This document shows, piece by piece, positions 51,171-60,718 of a stretch of DNA of 64,000 nt; positions within the stretch are counted from its first letter, which is position 1; each line of letters opens with the position of its first letter. The notes under the pieces were generated by a model. It was not told the DNA's origin, made no database searches, and was given only the letters and a program-made list of their open reading frames with translations. This stretch comes from an uncultured delta proteobacterium (GTDB lineage Bacteria > Desulfobacterota > Binatia > UBA9968): the NCBI GenBank assembly GCA_963816145.1, contig CAWFJP010000023.1:20156-84155 (forward strand), in the 5' to 3' direction. The position numbers were made by a program, and so were the translations under genes.

Positions 51171-52106
51171 GTGAAAATCTTGTCAGGCGCTGCGAACCTC
51201 AAGCTTGCAACCGCCATTGCCGCCGCTCGCGGGACCCAGACCGTTCAACGGCGCTTAGAGCGTTTTCCGGACGGTGAACTGCACATCGAGCTACAGGAAA
51301 CCGTGCGCGGCCAGGATGTTTATTTGATTCAGCCGACAAGTCCGCCGGTGGACGAGCATTTGTTCGAACTGCTCCTTCTGGCCGACGCCTGCCGCCGGGC
51401 CGGAGCGGCGCGGCTCACCGCGGTGATCCCCTATTTTGGCTATGCTCGGCAAGACCGCCGTGCTCACGGCCGGGAGCCATTGAGCGCGCGGCTAGTTGCC
51501 GAGTTGATTCAAGTCAGCGGCATTGAGCGGATCGTCACAGTGGATCTCCACAGCCGCGCTGTCGAAAGCGCTTTTGCCATTCCGTTAGAGCACCTAAGCG
51601 CGGTTCCCATGCTGGCCAAAGCGGTTCGCCCGGCGCTTAATCGAAACGCCGTGGTGGTCGCCCCGGATCTGGGCGCCGCGAAAATGGCCGAACAGTACGC
51701 CGACCTGCTCGACTTGCCGGTGGCGATCGTTCACAAGACCCGTATCAGCGGCGAACAGGTAAAGGTTCAGCGAATCATTGGCGATGTGCGCGGCAAAGAA
51801 CTGCTGGTTGTCGACGACATGATCAGCACCGGGGGCACCATCGAGAAAGCGATCCAGGCGCTGCTGGGAGCCGGTTGCTCATCGTCCGGCATCAAAGTTT
51901 TGGCAAGTCACGGGCTATTTGTTGGGGCGGCAGCGGAACGGCTCAGCGCCTTGGCGATAGACGAGTTGTACGTTTCCGATAGTGTGCCGGCCCCGGAGCA
52001 GTTTCCCTTGCCGCTCCAAGTCGTGTCGCTGGCACCACTCCTTGCAGACGCGATTCATTGTCTTAACGAAGATGAATCGCTTGCCCGTATCATCGCCGCT
52101 AAATAA
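51171..52106 (+). CDS. prs: Ribose-phosphate pyrophosphokinase
   Basis: FPDGE, VRG.DVYLIQ, VIPYFGYARQDR, VDLH, VVAPDLGA, LVVDDMISTGGT. Confidence 0.95.
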   Translation: MKILSGAANLKLATAIAAARGTQTVQRRLERFPDGELHIELQETVRGQDVYLIQPTSPPVDEHLFELLLLADACRRAGAARLTAVIPYFGYARQDRRAHGREPLSARLVAELIQVSGIERIVTVDLHSRAVESAFAIPLEHLSAVPMLAKAVRPALNRNAVVVAPDLGAAKMAEQYADLLDLPVAIVHKTRISGEQVKVQRIIGDVRGKELLVVDDMISTGGTIEKAIQALLGAGCSSSGIKVLASHGLFVGAAAERLSALAIDELYVSDSVPAPEQFPLPLQVVSLAPLLADAIHCLNEDESLARIIAAK

Positions 52107-52137
52107 GCAGCAAAACAATGGAGGCGAACAGATCAGC

Positions 52138-53257
52138 TTGACAACGGCGGATCGTCTACGACTATTTCTCTGCGGCGACGTCATGACGGGGCGAGGCATC
52201 GACCAAATCCTCCCCCATCCCGGCGATCCAACGTTATACGAGCCACACACGAAAAGCTCGCTTGACTATGTAAAGCTCGCCGAGCGAGCCAGCGGCCCGA
52301 TCGATTGGCCGGTCGACTTCAGCTACATCTGGGGCGACGCGTTGGAAATTTTCCAGCGTGAAAAACCCCAAGCGAAGATAATCAATTTAGAAACTGCCAT
52401 AACCCGCAACGACGTGTATTGGCGCGGTAAGGATATTCACTACAAAATGAGTCCGGAGAATGTCGGCTGTCTTACCGCCGCAGGGATCGATTGCTGTATT
52501 CTGGCGAACAATCACATGCTTGATTGGGGAATTTCAGGATTGATCGACAGCTTGAAAACTCTCGACCAAGCGGGAATCAAGCACGCCGGGGCCGGGCGAA
52601 ATCTGCGCGAAGCGCAACAACCAGCGATTCTGCCGGTTGGAGAGGCCTCAAGGGTCCTTGTGTTCAGTCTGGGTTCAACAACCAGTGGCATACCAATCAC
52701 TTGGTCCGCTGAAGAGGATCACCCCGGCCTCCATCTAATCGAAACCCAACGTCATGATCCGATTCAGGCCCTGGCGCAGCAAATTGACAAGATGAAACGG
52801 CCGAGCGACATCGTCATCGTTTCGATCCACTGGGGCGGAAACTGGGGATATACAATTTCGCACGACTCAGAAAGAACTGGCTCATCGACTGATTGATGAA
52901 ATCGGCGTCGACGTCGTCCATGGCCATTCGTCGCATCATGTAAAAGCGATCGAGGTCTATAAGGAGCGGATAATTCTTTACGGCTGCGGCGATTTTCTCA
53001 ATGACTACGAGGGCATCCGCGGCTATGAAGACTTTCGCGGCGATCTCGCGCTCATGTACTTTGCCGATCTCAATCCCGCCACCGGCAAGTTAATTGGTTT
53101 GCGGATGATACCCACCCAAGTGCGCCGTTTTCGCGTCAAGCTTGCCTCCCAAGCCGACACTCTCTGGCTCGAAGCCCTGCTCAATCGCGAAGGGAAACGA
53201 TTTCACACCGGGGTAAGTAAAAGTGTCGACGACAGGCTTTCCCTCCACTGGACCTAG
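52138..53257 (+). CDS. CapA/PGA_cap family metallophosphatase (frameshift near 52870)
   Basis: LFLCGDVMTGRGIDQILPHP, INLETA, LANNH.LDWG, SIHWG.NWGY; second frame HGHSSHH.K.IEVY...YGCGDFLNDYEGI.GYE.FRGDL. Confidence 0.9.
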
Positions 53258-53278
53258 CACAATTATATTATCGCGCTG

Positions 53279-55948
53279 CTAGGCCGACGCCGTCTTCGCA
53301 GCGCTTTGCGCCGCGGCCCCCGCTTGCGCCTCGTCATGGGCTTGAACGCTGAATTTCAGACCGGCAGCTTTGGCCTCGGCGTCGACGGTCACGGTTTCGC
53401 CGTCTTTGACTTCCCCTTTGAGAATGAGCCGACCCAAAACGGTCTCGATTTCTTTTTGGATCAACCGTTTGAGCGGACGGGCGCCGTAATTGGGGTCGTA
53501 ACCCGTGGTCGCGAGATGTTCGCGTGCAGCCTCGGTCAGCCGCAAAGTGATATGCCGGTCATCGAGCCGCTGTTGCAGCCGCCGCAATTGAATATCGGTG
53601 ATCGCTTTGAGGTGTTCACGCGACAGATTGTGGAACACGACAATCTCGTCGACACGGTTTAAAAACTCCGGACGAAACTCGCGCCTGAGCGCATCGAGCA
53701 CCTGCGCGCGCATGGGCGCGAACGCCGCGGCATCGTCGCGCCCGCGGTAGTTGGCGATCAAATGGCTGCCGACGTTAGAGGTCATGATCACCACCGTGTT
53801 CTTGAAATCGATGGTGCGTCCATGGCCGTCGGTGAGCCGTCCGTCATCGAGGATCTGCAACAAGACGTTGAACACATCCTGGTGCGCCTTCTCGATTTCA
53901 TCGAATAACACGACGGCAAAGGGCCGCCGCCGCACCGCTTCAGTGAGTTGGCCGCCCTCTTCGTAACCGACATAACCCGGCGGCGCGCCGATCAGCCGCG
54001 CCACGGTATGTTTCTCCTGATATTCCGACATATCGAGGCGGACCATATTGTTTTCATCATCGAAGAGAAATTCCGCGAGGGCGCGGCCGAGCTCGGTCTT
54101 GCCGACGCCGGTGGGACCCAAAAAGATAAACGAGCCGATCGGTCGGTTGGGATCTTTGAGCCCGGAGCGGGCGCGCACCACCGCGTCGGCCACGGCCTCG
54201 ACAGCTTCCTCCTGGCCGACGACGCGCTTGTGCAGGTGCTCGGGCAGACGAAGCAGTTTTTCCTTTTCGCCTTCGAGCAATCTTGACACCGGGATGCCGG
54301 TCCAGCGCGAGACTACAGATGCGATATCGTCTTCATCGACCTCCTGTTTGAGCAATTGCATACCGCCGCTCTGGCGCAAGCGCTCTTCCTCGGCCGCCAG
54401 TTCCCGTTCGAGTTGGACCAGCTTGCCATACTTGAGTTCGGCCATGCGGTTCAGATCGTAATCCCGCTCGGCCTGTTCCATGGCGAGTTTATTTTTTTCG
54501 ATCTCCTGCTTGAGACTGTTGAGCCGGCCGATGCCCTGCTTTTCCACTTCCCAACGAGCGCGCAATTGACTCTGTTCGGCTTTTAATCCCGCCACCTCGC
54601 TTTCCAACTTAGCCAAGCGCTCGCGCGAAGGCTTATCCGTCTCCTTGCGCAGCGCTTCCCGTTCGATCTCCAGTTGCATGACCCGGCGCGAGACCTCGTC
54701 CAGCTCGGTGGGCATGGAGTCGATCTCGGTGCGCAACTTGGCCGCCGATTCGTCCACCAGATCGATCGCCTTATCGGGCAAGAAGCGATCGCTGATGTAA
54801 CGATGGGACAACACCGCGGCGGTCACCAGGGCCGCATCTTTGATGCGCACGCCATGGTGCACTTCATAGCGTTCTTTGAGGCCGCGCAAAATCGAAATGG
54901 TATCCTCGACATTGGGCTGATCGACCAACACGGGCTGGAAGCGCCGCTCTAGGGCGCGGTCCTTCTCGACATATTTGCGGTACTCATCCAACGTGGTTGC
55001 GCCGATGCAATGAAGCTCGCCGCGCGCCAACATCGGCTTGAGCAGATTGGACGCATCCATGGCGCCTTCCGCCGCGCCGGCACCGACCACCGTATGCAGC
55101 TCGTCGATGAACAGAATCACATCGCCTGCGGAATCCTGCACCTCTTTGAGAACCGCCTTCAGTCGCTCTTCAAACTCGCCGCGGAACTTGGCGCCGGCGA
55201 TGAGCGCACCCATGTCGAGAACGATCAAGCGGCGATTTTTAAGACTCTCAGGCACGTCGCCGCGGATAATGCGCTGCGCCAGGCCTTCGACAATCGCCGT
55301 CTTGCCGACACCGGGATCGCCGATCAGCACCGGGTTATTCTTGGTCCGGCGCGAGAGCACTTGGATAATCCGCCGGATCTCATCGTCGCGACCGATCACA
55401 GGATCGAGTTTGCCTTGACCGGCCAACTTGGTGAGATCGCGGCCGTAGCGCTCGAGCGCTTGATAGGTCGTTTCAGGATTGGGCGAGGTAACCCGCTGGC
55501 TACCGCGAATTTTTTTAATCGCCGCCAGCAGCCGCTCGCGGGTTAAACCCAGAGGCCGCAGTAGCCGCGCCACCGCACTACGCTCATCGGCGATCATGGC
55601 AAGAAGCAAATGCTCGACGCTGACATACTCGTCCTTGAGAGCCTTGGCTTCGTCTTCGGCCAGGGCCAGGAGTCGCGCCAACCCCTGAGTAAAATACACT
55701 TGCTGGGCTTCCATGCCCGGCCCCGATACCTGCGGCATCGCATTGAGCTCCTGCTCAACTCGTTCGCGCACCGCGCTCGGGGCAATGCCCGCTGCGGCGA
55801 GACAACCGGCAGCCAAGCCTTCCTTTTCTTCCAGTAGCGCCGCCAAAAGATGTAGTGAATCAATGCCCTGGTGATTACGGCGAACAGCCAACTCCTGCGC
55901 GCTGCGCAACGCTTCCTGGGATTGCTCCGTCAAACGATTGAGATCCAT
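53279..55948 (-). CDS. clpB: ATP-dependent chaperone ClpB
   Basis: Two AAA+ modules ([16 protein letters not shown]), DKAIDLVDE, coiled-coil middle domain, GARPLKR. Confidence 0.97.
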   Translation of the reverse strand: MDLNRLTEQSQEALRSAQELAVRRNHQGIDSLHLLAALLEEKEGLAAGCLAAAGIAPSAVRERVEQELNAMPQVSGPGMEAQQVYFTQGLARLLALAEDEAKALKDEYVSVEHLLLAMIADERSAVARLLRPLGLTRERLLAAIKKIRGSQRVTSPNPETTYQALERYGRDLTKLAGQGKLDPVIGRDDEIRRIIQVLSRRTKNNPVLIGDPGVGKTAIVEGLAQRIIRGDVPESLKNRRLIVLDMGALIAGAKFRGEFEERLKAVLKEVQDSAGDVILFIDELHTVVGAGAAEGAMDASNLLKPMLARGELHCIGATTLDEYRKYVEKDRALERRFQPVLVDQPNVEDTISILRGLKERYEVHHGVRIKDAALVTAAVLSHRYISDRFLPDKAIDLVDESAAKLRTEIDSMPTELDEVSRRVMQLEIEREALRKETDKPSRERLAKLESEVAGLKAEQSQLRARWEVEKQGIGRLNSLKQEIEKNKLAMEQAERDYDLNRMAELKYGKLVQLERELAAEEERLRQSGGMQLLKQEVDEDDIASVVSRWTGIPVSRLLEGEKEKLLRLPEHLHKRVVGQEEAVEAVADAVVRARSGLKDPNRPIGSFIFLGPTGVGKTELGRALAEFLFDDENNMVRLDMSEYQEKHTVARLIGAPPGYVGYEEGGQLTEAVRRRPFAVVLFDEIEKAHQDVFNVLLQILDDGRLTDGHGRTIDFKNTVVIMTSNVGSHLIANYRGRDDAAAFAPMRAQVLDALRREFRPEFLNRVDEIVVFHNLSREHLKAITDIQLRRLQQRLDDRHITLRLTEAAREHLATTGYDPNYGARPLKRLIQKEIETVLGRLILKGEVKDGETVTVDAEAKAAGLKFSVQAHDEAQAGAAAQSAAKTASA

Positions 55949-56072
55949 GATGATTCTAAACCTCGATGGATGATCCGATTTCGCTGCTTCTCATGAATGC
56001 ACATCACTGCAGCCAGCTTTCCTACACCTGCGAAAAACGCAGCCGACCCGGATGCATCTATTGGGTGGTAAC

Positions 56073-56087
56073 GCACAAAGCATACCA
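56073..56087 (-). promoter_or_regulatory. Sigma-54 promoter candidate for clpB
   Basis: Minus strand TGGTATGCTTTGTGC (GG-N10-GC). Confidence 0.5.
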
Positions 56088-56130
56088 GGCAAAGACGATG
56101 CTTTTGGCAACAGGTCAACATTTTCAGCGA

Positions 56131-56145
56131 TGGCATACGCTTTGC
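56131..56145 (+). promoter_or_regulatory. Sigma-54 promoter for the DksA-BON operon
   Basis: TGGCATACGCTTTGC, 27 nt upstream of ATG 56173. Confidence 0.72.
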
Positions 56146-56172
56146 CATTGAATCTTGGCAATAGGTGATTTT

Positions 56173-56946
56173 ATGAACAAAGAACAATTGGCAGCGGTAG
56201 GCCAGCTCCTGCGCCACCAACGCAATCACTTTCTTCAGGAATTCCGTAGAGCGGAACAAGGTTTGGACGCGATTGCCGAGGAGCGCGAAAGTGAGCTCGA
56301 AGAGCATGCCCAGGAAGAACAGACTGCGCGACTTTTGACCCGTCTCGACGACCAGACGCTATGCGCAATAAAGGAAATCGACGCTGCGCTGCAAAAAATT
56401 CTCGACGGTACCTACGGCAAGTGCGAGGCTTGTCACAAGCCGATAGCGATCGCCCGTCTCCGCAGTTTACCGGCAGCCCGTTGCTGCAGGCGCTGCGCCG
56501 CCAAGAACGAGTCGCGGCCGATCAGCCCCGGTGGCGCCGCCGAGACGCCGGCCGTAGGGCCTATTCCAGCCGACCTGAACTTGCTGAGTGACCAGGAGTT
56601 GACCGAAGCGATTAACGAGCACCTGAAGGAAGACGGCCGGATCGACGTGGAAGAATTGCATGTCGCTTGCCGTAAAGGCGTCGTCTACCTGTCCGGCGTG
56701 TTGCCCAGCGAAGCGGAGCATCAGATCCTGCTGAGCACCCTTACCGATGTCATGGGTTTGCAAGCGCTTGTCGATCATTTGGCGATCGAAGAGCTGCTTT
56801 GGCAAACCGAAAAGCGCACGAAAGAGGTTGGTCCGGAGACGATCACCCGCTGGCAAGAGCCGCCTGGGTCCGAAGATATCGTCGAGAGCATGGATGAGGA
56901 CAAGGAATTTGTCGCACCGGCGAAGCCCACGCCCAACGAAGAATGA
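56173..56946 (+). CDS. TraR/DksA C4 zinc-finger protein fused to a BON domain
   Basis: IDAAL.KI..GTYGKCEAC..PI..ARL..LP.A.CC..C then BON-like L.EDGRID...L.V....GVVYLSG. Confidence 0.85.
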   Translation: MNKEQLAAVGQLLRHQRNHFLQEFRRAEQGLDAIAEERESELEEHAQEEQTARLLTRLDDQTLCAIKEIDAALQKILDGTYGKCEACHKPIAIARLRSLPAARCCRRCAAKNESRPISPGGAAETPAVGPIPADLNLLSDQELTEAINEHLKEDGRIDVEELHVACRKGVVYLSGVLPSEAEHQILLSTLTDVMGLQALVDHLAIEELLWQTEKRTKEVGPETITRWQEPPGSEDIVESMDEDKEFVAPAKPTPNEE

Positions 56947-56974
56947 AAAGACACTGACCAACCGGCGCACACAG

Positions 56975-57916
56975 ATGAATAACCAATTGGTGGGAAACAC
57001 TGTGAATTTCCGCGTTGCGCGACGCCTTGAAGAAGTCGCGCAAATACTAGAGTCGCAGGGCGCCAACCCGTTTCGGGTGCAAGCCTATCGACATGCGGCG
57101 GAGACCCTCAGGCACCTTACCCGCCCGGCCGATGAAATCCTTCGCCTAGAGGGTGAACCGGGGTTGCGCAAGCTGCCCGGCATCGGTGAGCGGCTCGCGC
57201 GCTCGATTGCAACGTTATTGATTACTGGAAGACTGCCCATGCTCGATCGGCTCCGCGGCAAGGGTGAGTCGGGGGCATTACTCGCTTCTGTCCCAGGGAT
57301 TGGCAAAAGTCTGGCCGCGCGACTGCACCGGGAACTTGGCATCGATACTTTGGAACAGCTTGAGTCCGCCACACATGACGGAAGGTTAAGAGCGATCACC
57401 GGAATCGGCGACAAACGAGTCGCCGGGATTATCGACTCCCTTTCGGCACGGCTCGGCCGAGTGCGCCCGATCCGTACCGCGCACAAGGCCACCGATGCAG
57501 CCATCGCTGAAATCCTTGATGTCGACCGGGAGTACCGCCACAAGGCGGCAGCCGGCGCCTTGCCGACCATCGCGCCGCGACGCTTCAATCCGAACCGTGA
57601 AGCGTGGCTGCCGATCCAGCATTCAAACCGAGGCGAGCGGCACTACACGGCGTTGTTTTCCAATACGGCGCGCGCCCACGAAATGGGTAAAACCAGGGAC
57701 TGGGTGATACTTTACTACGATGGCCCGGACGGAGAACGACAGTGTACTGTGATCACCAGCCAGCGCGGTCCGCTCATCGGCGAGAGAATTGTGCGCGGAC
57801 GGGAAAGCGAATGTCTTGAGTACTATCGGCAAGCGCACGTTCACGGCGTGCCGACCGATGACACAAAACAAGACATTGACAATCCGCAACCGGCTCCGCA
57901 CCGCGCCGCTGGATAG
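56975..57916 (+). CDS. PolX N-terminal/helix-hairpin-helix DNA-binding protein with uncharacterised C-terminal domain
   Basis: LE.QGANPFRV.AYR.AA, LPGIG, VPGIG..LA.RL..ELGI.TLEQLE.A.HDGRL..I.GIG; no palm or PHP domain. Confidence 0.85.
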   Translation: MNNQLVGNTVNFRVARRLEEVAQILESQGANPFRVQAYRHAAETLRHLTRPADEILRLEGEPGLRKLPGIGERLARSIATLLITGRLPMLDRLRGKGESGALLASVPGIGKSLAARLHRELGIDTLEQLESATHDGRLRAITGIGDKRVAGIIDSLSARLGRVRPIRTAHKATDAAIAEILDVDREYRHKAAAGALPTIAPRRFNPNREAWLPIQHSNRGERHYTALFSNTARAHEMGKTRDWVILYYDGPDGERQCTVITSQRGPLIGERIVRGRESECLEYYRQAHVHGVPTDDTKQDIDNPQPAPHRAAG

Positions 57917-58377
57917 CACCACTGTGTTGAGGATTCGACGCCATCGCAAAGGCGATCTTCTCCCTGAGCTTGATCCGGGTCAAAAATCATATCCTTAAGT
58001 GGTGCAGGGATTGCTTTATAGAAATTGCGCTGGTCCAATTTACCATTCGGAGAGTCATGTACCTCCGGCAAAGCCGGAGGCTTGGCGTTTGCTGGCCCCT
58101 CAAAGAGGCCATTTCGCAAACGGGAAAGATAAGATTTTGCGAACATCGATTCTGTAATGTCATTTCCTCTGGCTATTGCCGATGACTTCAAAGCGCCTTC
58201 GTTGCAAAATAGCTAGTTACTGCTATTCGCTGTCTTACCACCTACGCAAAAATCAAACTTAGGGAGTCCCCTGGCAAGGCCGGGGGTGTAACAACGATCA
58301 ATTGATTTCACGCTGCCGTAACATGCCGGCGAGGTGGCATATGTTAAACAATTAGCGCAGAGACGGGAGCAGAAATC

Positions 58378-59484
58378 ATGACGCGAACTTCTGAAAACCT
58401 CACCCACGACGCTCAGGGGAGCGCACTGGACCCTCCCCTGCACGCGCTAATCGAGGCCACGCAAGACGCGGTGATCTTCATCGATCGGCAAGCCCGCATC
58501 GTTATTTTCAATCCCGCCGCTGAAAACATTTTCGGCTACTCGCGAGCCGAAGCCCTGGGGCAGAAGATCAATAAACTCATGGCCGAGCCCTATGCCAGTG
58601 AACATGATCGGTATCTCGACCATTACGAAAAGACCGGCGAGCAGCGCGCGATTGGCCGCATCCGCACCGTCGCGGGAAAGCGCAAAAATGGCGAAACCTT
58701 TCCAATCGAGTTATCGGTAACGCAAGTGGCTTCTGGCGCCGAGGTCAATTATGCAGCGTTCATTCGAGACATTTCGGACAAGGTCAAACACCAGCGCGAA
58801 CTCACTGAAAATGCCCGGCTGGCATCCATTGGCGCGACCGTCGGCAAGCTGACCCATGAGATTGGCAGTCCCTTGAACGGCATGTATATCACGGCTCAAC
58901 TCCTGGAGCGTATAGTCAAGAAGCCGATAAGCCTGCCGGACGAAAAGATCTCGTCAACGGTCAATTCACTCCTGCGTGAGATCCAACGTCTCAATTCACT
59001 GTTGAGCGAGTTTCGCGCCGTTTCCCGCGCCGAACATTATGATTTCAAACCCGTGTCACTCCCTGCCGTGATCGGCGACGTGCTTTCCTTGGAACGGCCG
59101 CACTACTTCAACCGCGGCGTCCGCGTTAATCAGCTCGTTCCCGCCGACCTGCCGATCGTCATGGGAGATGCCGACAAACTCAAACAAGTGATCCTCAATC
59201 TTTGCAATAATGCGGTCGACGCGATGGCCAACGGCGGCGAGCTGATTCTGCGTGCCTCCACTGACGATCGACACGCGGTTGTCGAGGTCGCCGATACCGG
59301 CGAAGGCATTCCGCCTGAACTTAATATCTGGGCGCCGTTCATGACCACCAAGCGCTCGGGCACCGGGCTTGGATTGACCATCGTGCGAAATATCGTCACC
59401 GCTCACCATGGAACCATCGACTACACCAGTGAAGTGGGCAGAGGGACAGCTTTTCGGTTGGCGCTGCCGCTAAGCACGAACTGA
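58378..59484 (+). CDS. Cytoplasmic FixL-type heme-PAS sensor histidine kinase
   Basis: LM.EPY.SEHD.YL.HY..TGE.R.IG..R.V.GKRK.GETFP.ELSV (FixL PAS signature with proximal His); HEIGSPL, NAVDAM, DTGEGI, GTGLGL. Confidence 0.85.
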   Translation: MTRTSENLTHDAQGSALDPPLHALIEATQDAVIFIDRQARIVIFNPAAENIFGYSRAEALGQKINKLMAEPYASEHDRYLDHYEKTGEQRAIGRIRTVAGKRKNGETFPIELSVTQVASGAEVNYAAFIRDISDKVKHQRELTENARLASIGATVGKLTHEIGSPLNGMYITAQLLERIVKKPISLPDEKISSTVNSLLREIQRLNSLLSEFRAVSRAEHYDFKPVSLPAVIGDVLSLERPHYFNRGVRVNQLVPADLPIVMGDADKLKQVILNLCNNAVDAMANGGELILRASTDDRHAVVEVADTGEGIPPELNIWAPFMTTKRSGTGLGLTIVRNIVTAHHGTIDYTSEVGRGTAFRLALPLSTN

Positions 59485-59503
59485 CCCGCTTACGTCTTCT
59501 TTT

Positions 59504-60352
59504 CTAGAGTGCGCTCAAGCCGCGCACGACGCCCTCGCACACTTTTGCCATGAAGTCGATGTCCAGAGTTTCGATTGAATCTGTGGCGCCGTGGTAGTGG
59601 GGATTGCGATAAAAAGAGGTGTCGGTAATCATCAAAGCCTCATACCCCAAATCCCAAAACGGCGCGTGATCGCTCAAACGGACGGCCGGGATCAGCGCCC
59701 CTTTGCCGGGAACCGACAGAGTCTCCACCTGAAGCTTTGACACCTGGCGCATGCCGGCAGCAAACTGATGCAGCAGCGCATTCGATTGCCAATTGCCGAC
59801 GACACCAATGAAATCGCCTCGATCGGGGTAGAAGCGGTCGAGGCCGACGGGTAGTTTCTGACTGCCGGGCCGAGGGTCCGTATAACCAACCATTTCCAGG
59901 GAGATCATCGCCTGGATTTTCATCCCGGCGGCCTTGAGTTTTCGGGCGAACGCGGTGCTGCCAATCATGTTGAGCTCTTCGAGATTGAAGGCACAGAAAA
60001 GCACTTGCGTTGCCAAAGCAACCTGAGCGAGCAACCGCGCAGTTTCTAGGAGAACCGCTACACCGCTGGCATTGTCGTCGGCGCCTGGCGTACCGACCAC
60101 CGAATCGAAGTGCGCTCCAAGAATTACCAGCGGTTCTTCGTCTCGCGGGCGCCGTCGCGCAACGATATTGTGAAAGGTTTCACCGGCGTAAGAAAAGGAA
60201 TCACTTTCGGTGTCGAGACCGTAGCTTGCGAATTCCGCCTTTATGAACTTTGCGACTGCGGCCAAGTGCCGCGCGCCACTAAAAGGACTCCTCTCGCCGA
60301 CAATGATTTGCAGATGGCGGTTGAGCCGCTCGCGATCAACGTCGATCTTCAC
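59504..60352 (-). CDS. M28-family peptidase
   Basis: ILGAHFDS, PGADDNASGVA.LLE, FNLEE, SLEMVGY, SDH.PFW..GY.A.MITDT.F.RNPHYH. Confidence 0.9.
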   Translation of the reverse strand: MKIDVDRERLNRHLQIIVGERSPFSGARHLAAVAKFIKAEFASYGLDTESDSFSYAGETFHNIVARRRPRDEEPLVILGAHFDSVVGTPGADDNASGVAVLLETARLLAQVALATQVLFCAFNLEELNMIGSTAFARKLKAAGMKIQAMISLEMVGYTDPRPGSQKLPVGLDRFYPDRGDFIGVVGNWQSNALLHQFAAGMRQVSKLQVETLSVPGKGALIPAVRLSDHAPFWDLGYEALMITDTSFYRNPHYHGATDSIETLDIDFMAKVCEGVVRGLSAL

Positions 60353-60718
60353 GGAGAGCTTCGCTATCGTTACACCGGACTCTCAACGTAACCCGCTCAG
60401 CAGTCAGCGACATCAACGGGAGCATCACTGCCGGAAAAATCGCCCAGCAACAGCGAAAGCTCCGGGTAGTGAACGGGTTTCAGCAAATGGGCGTTGAAGC
60501 CAGCATTGTGTAGCATTTGACTCGTTCTAGGATTCGAAAAGGCTATTTTACGAGGTTATCTTTGTCAACTTCTGAATCAGTTTACCTTTTGATGACAGGA
60601 TCCTTGTTTAGCATTTTCAAAAACCAAGGTGAGGCTTCTGGCTCGCCCACCGACAATCGGCAATGCGTTGCTCAGCCGGGAAAAATCGGCCATAGTCCGT
60701 CCGTGGCGTCGTGAACGT

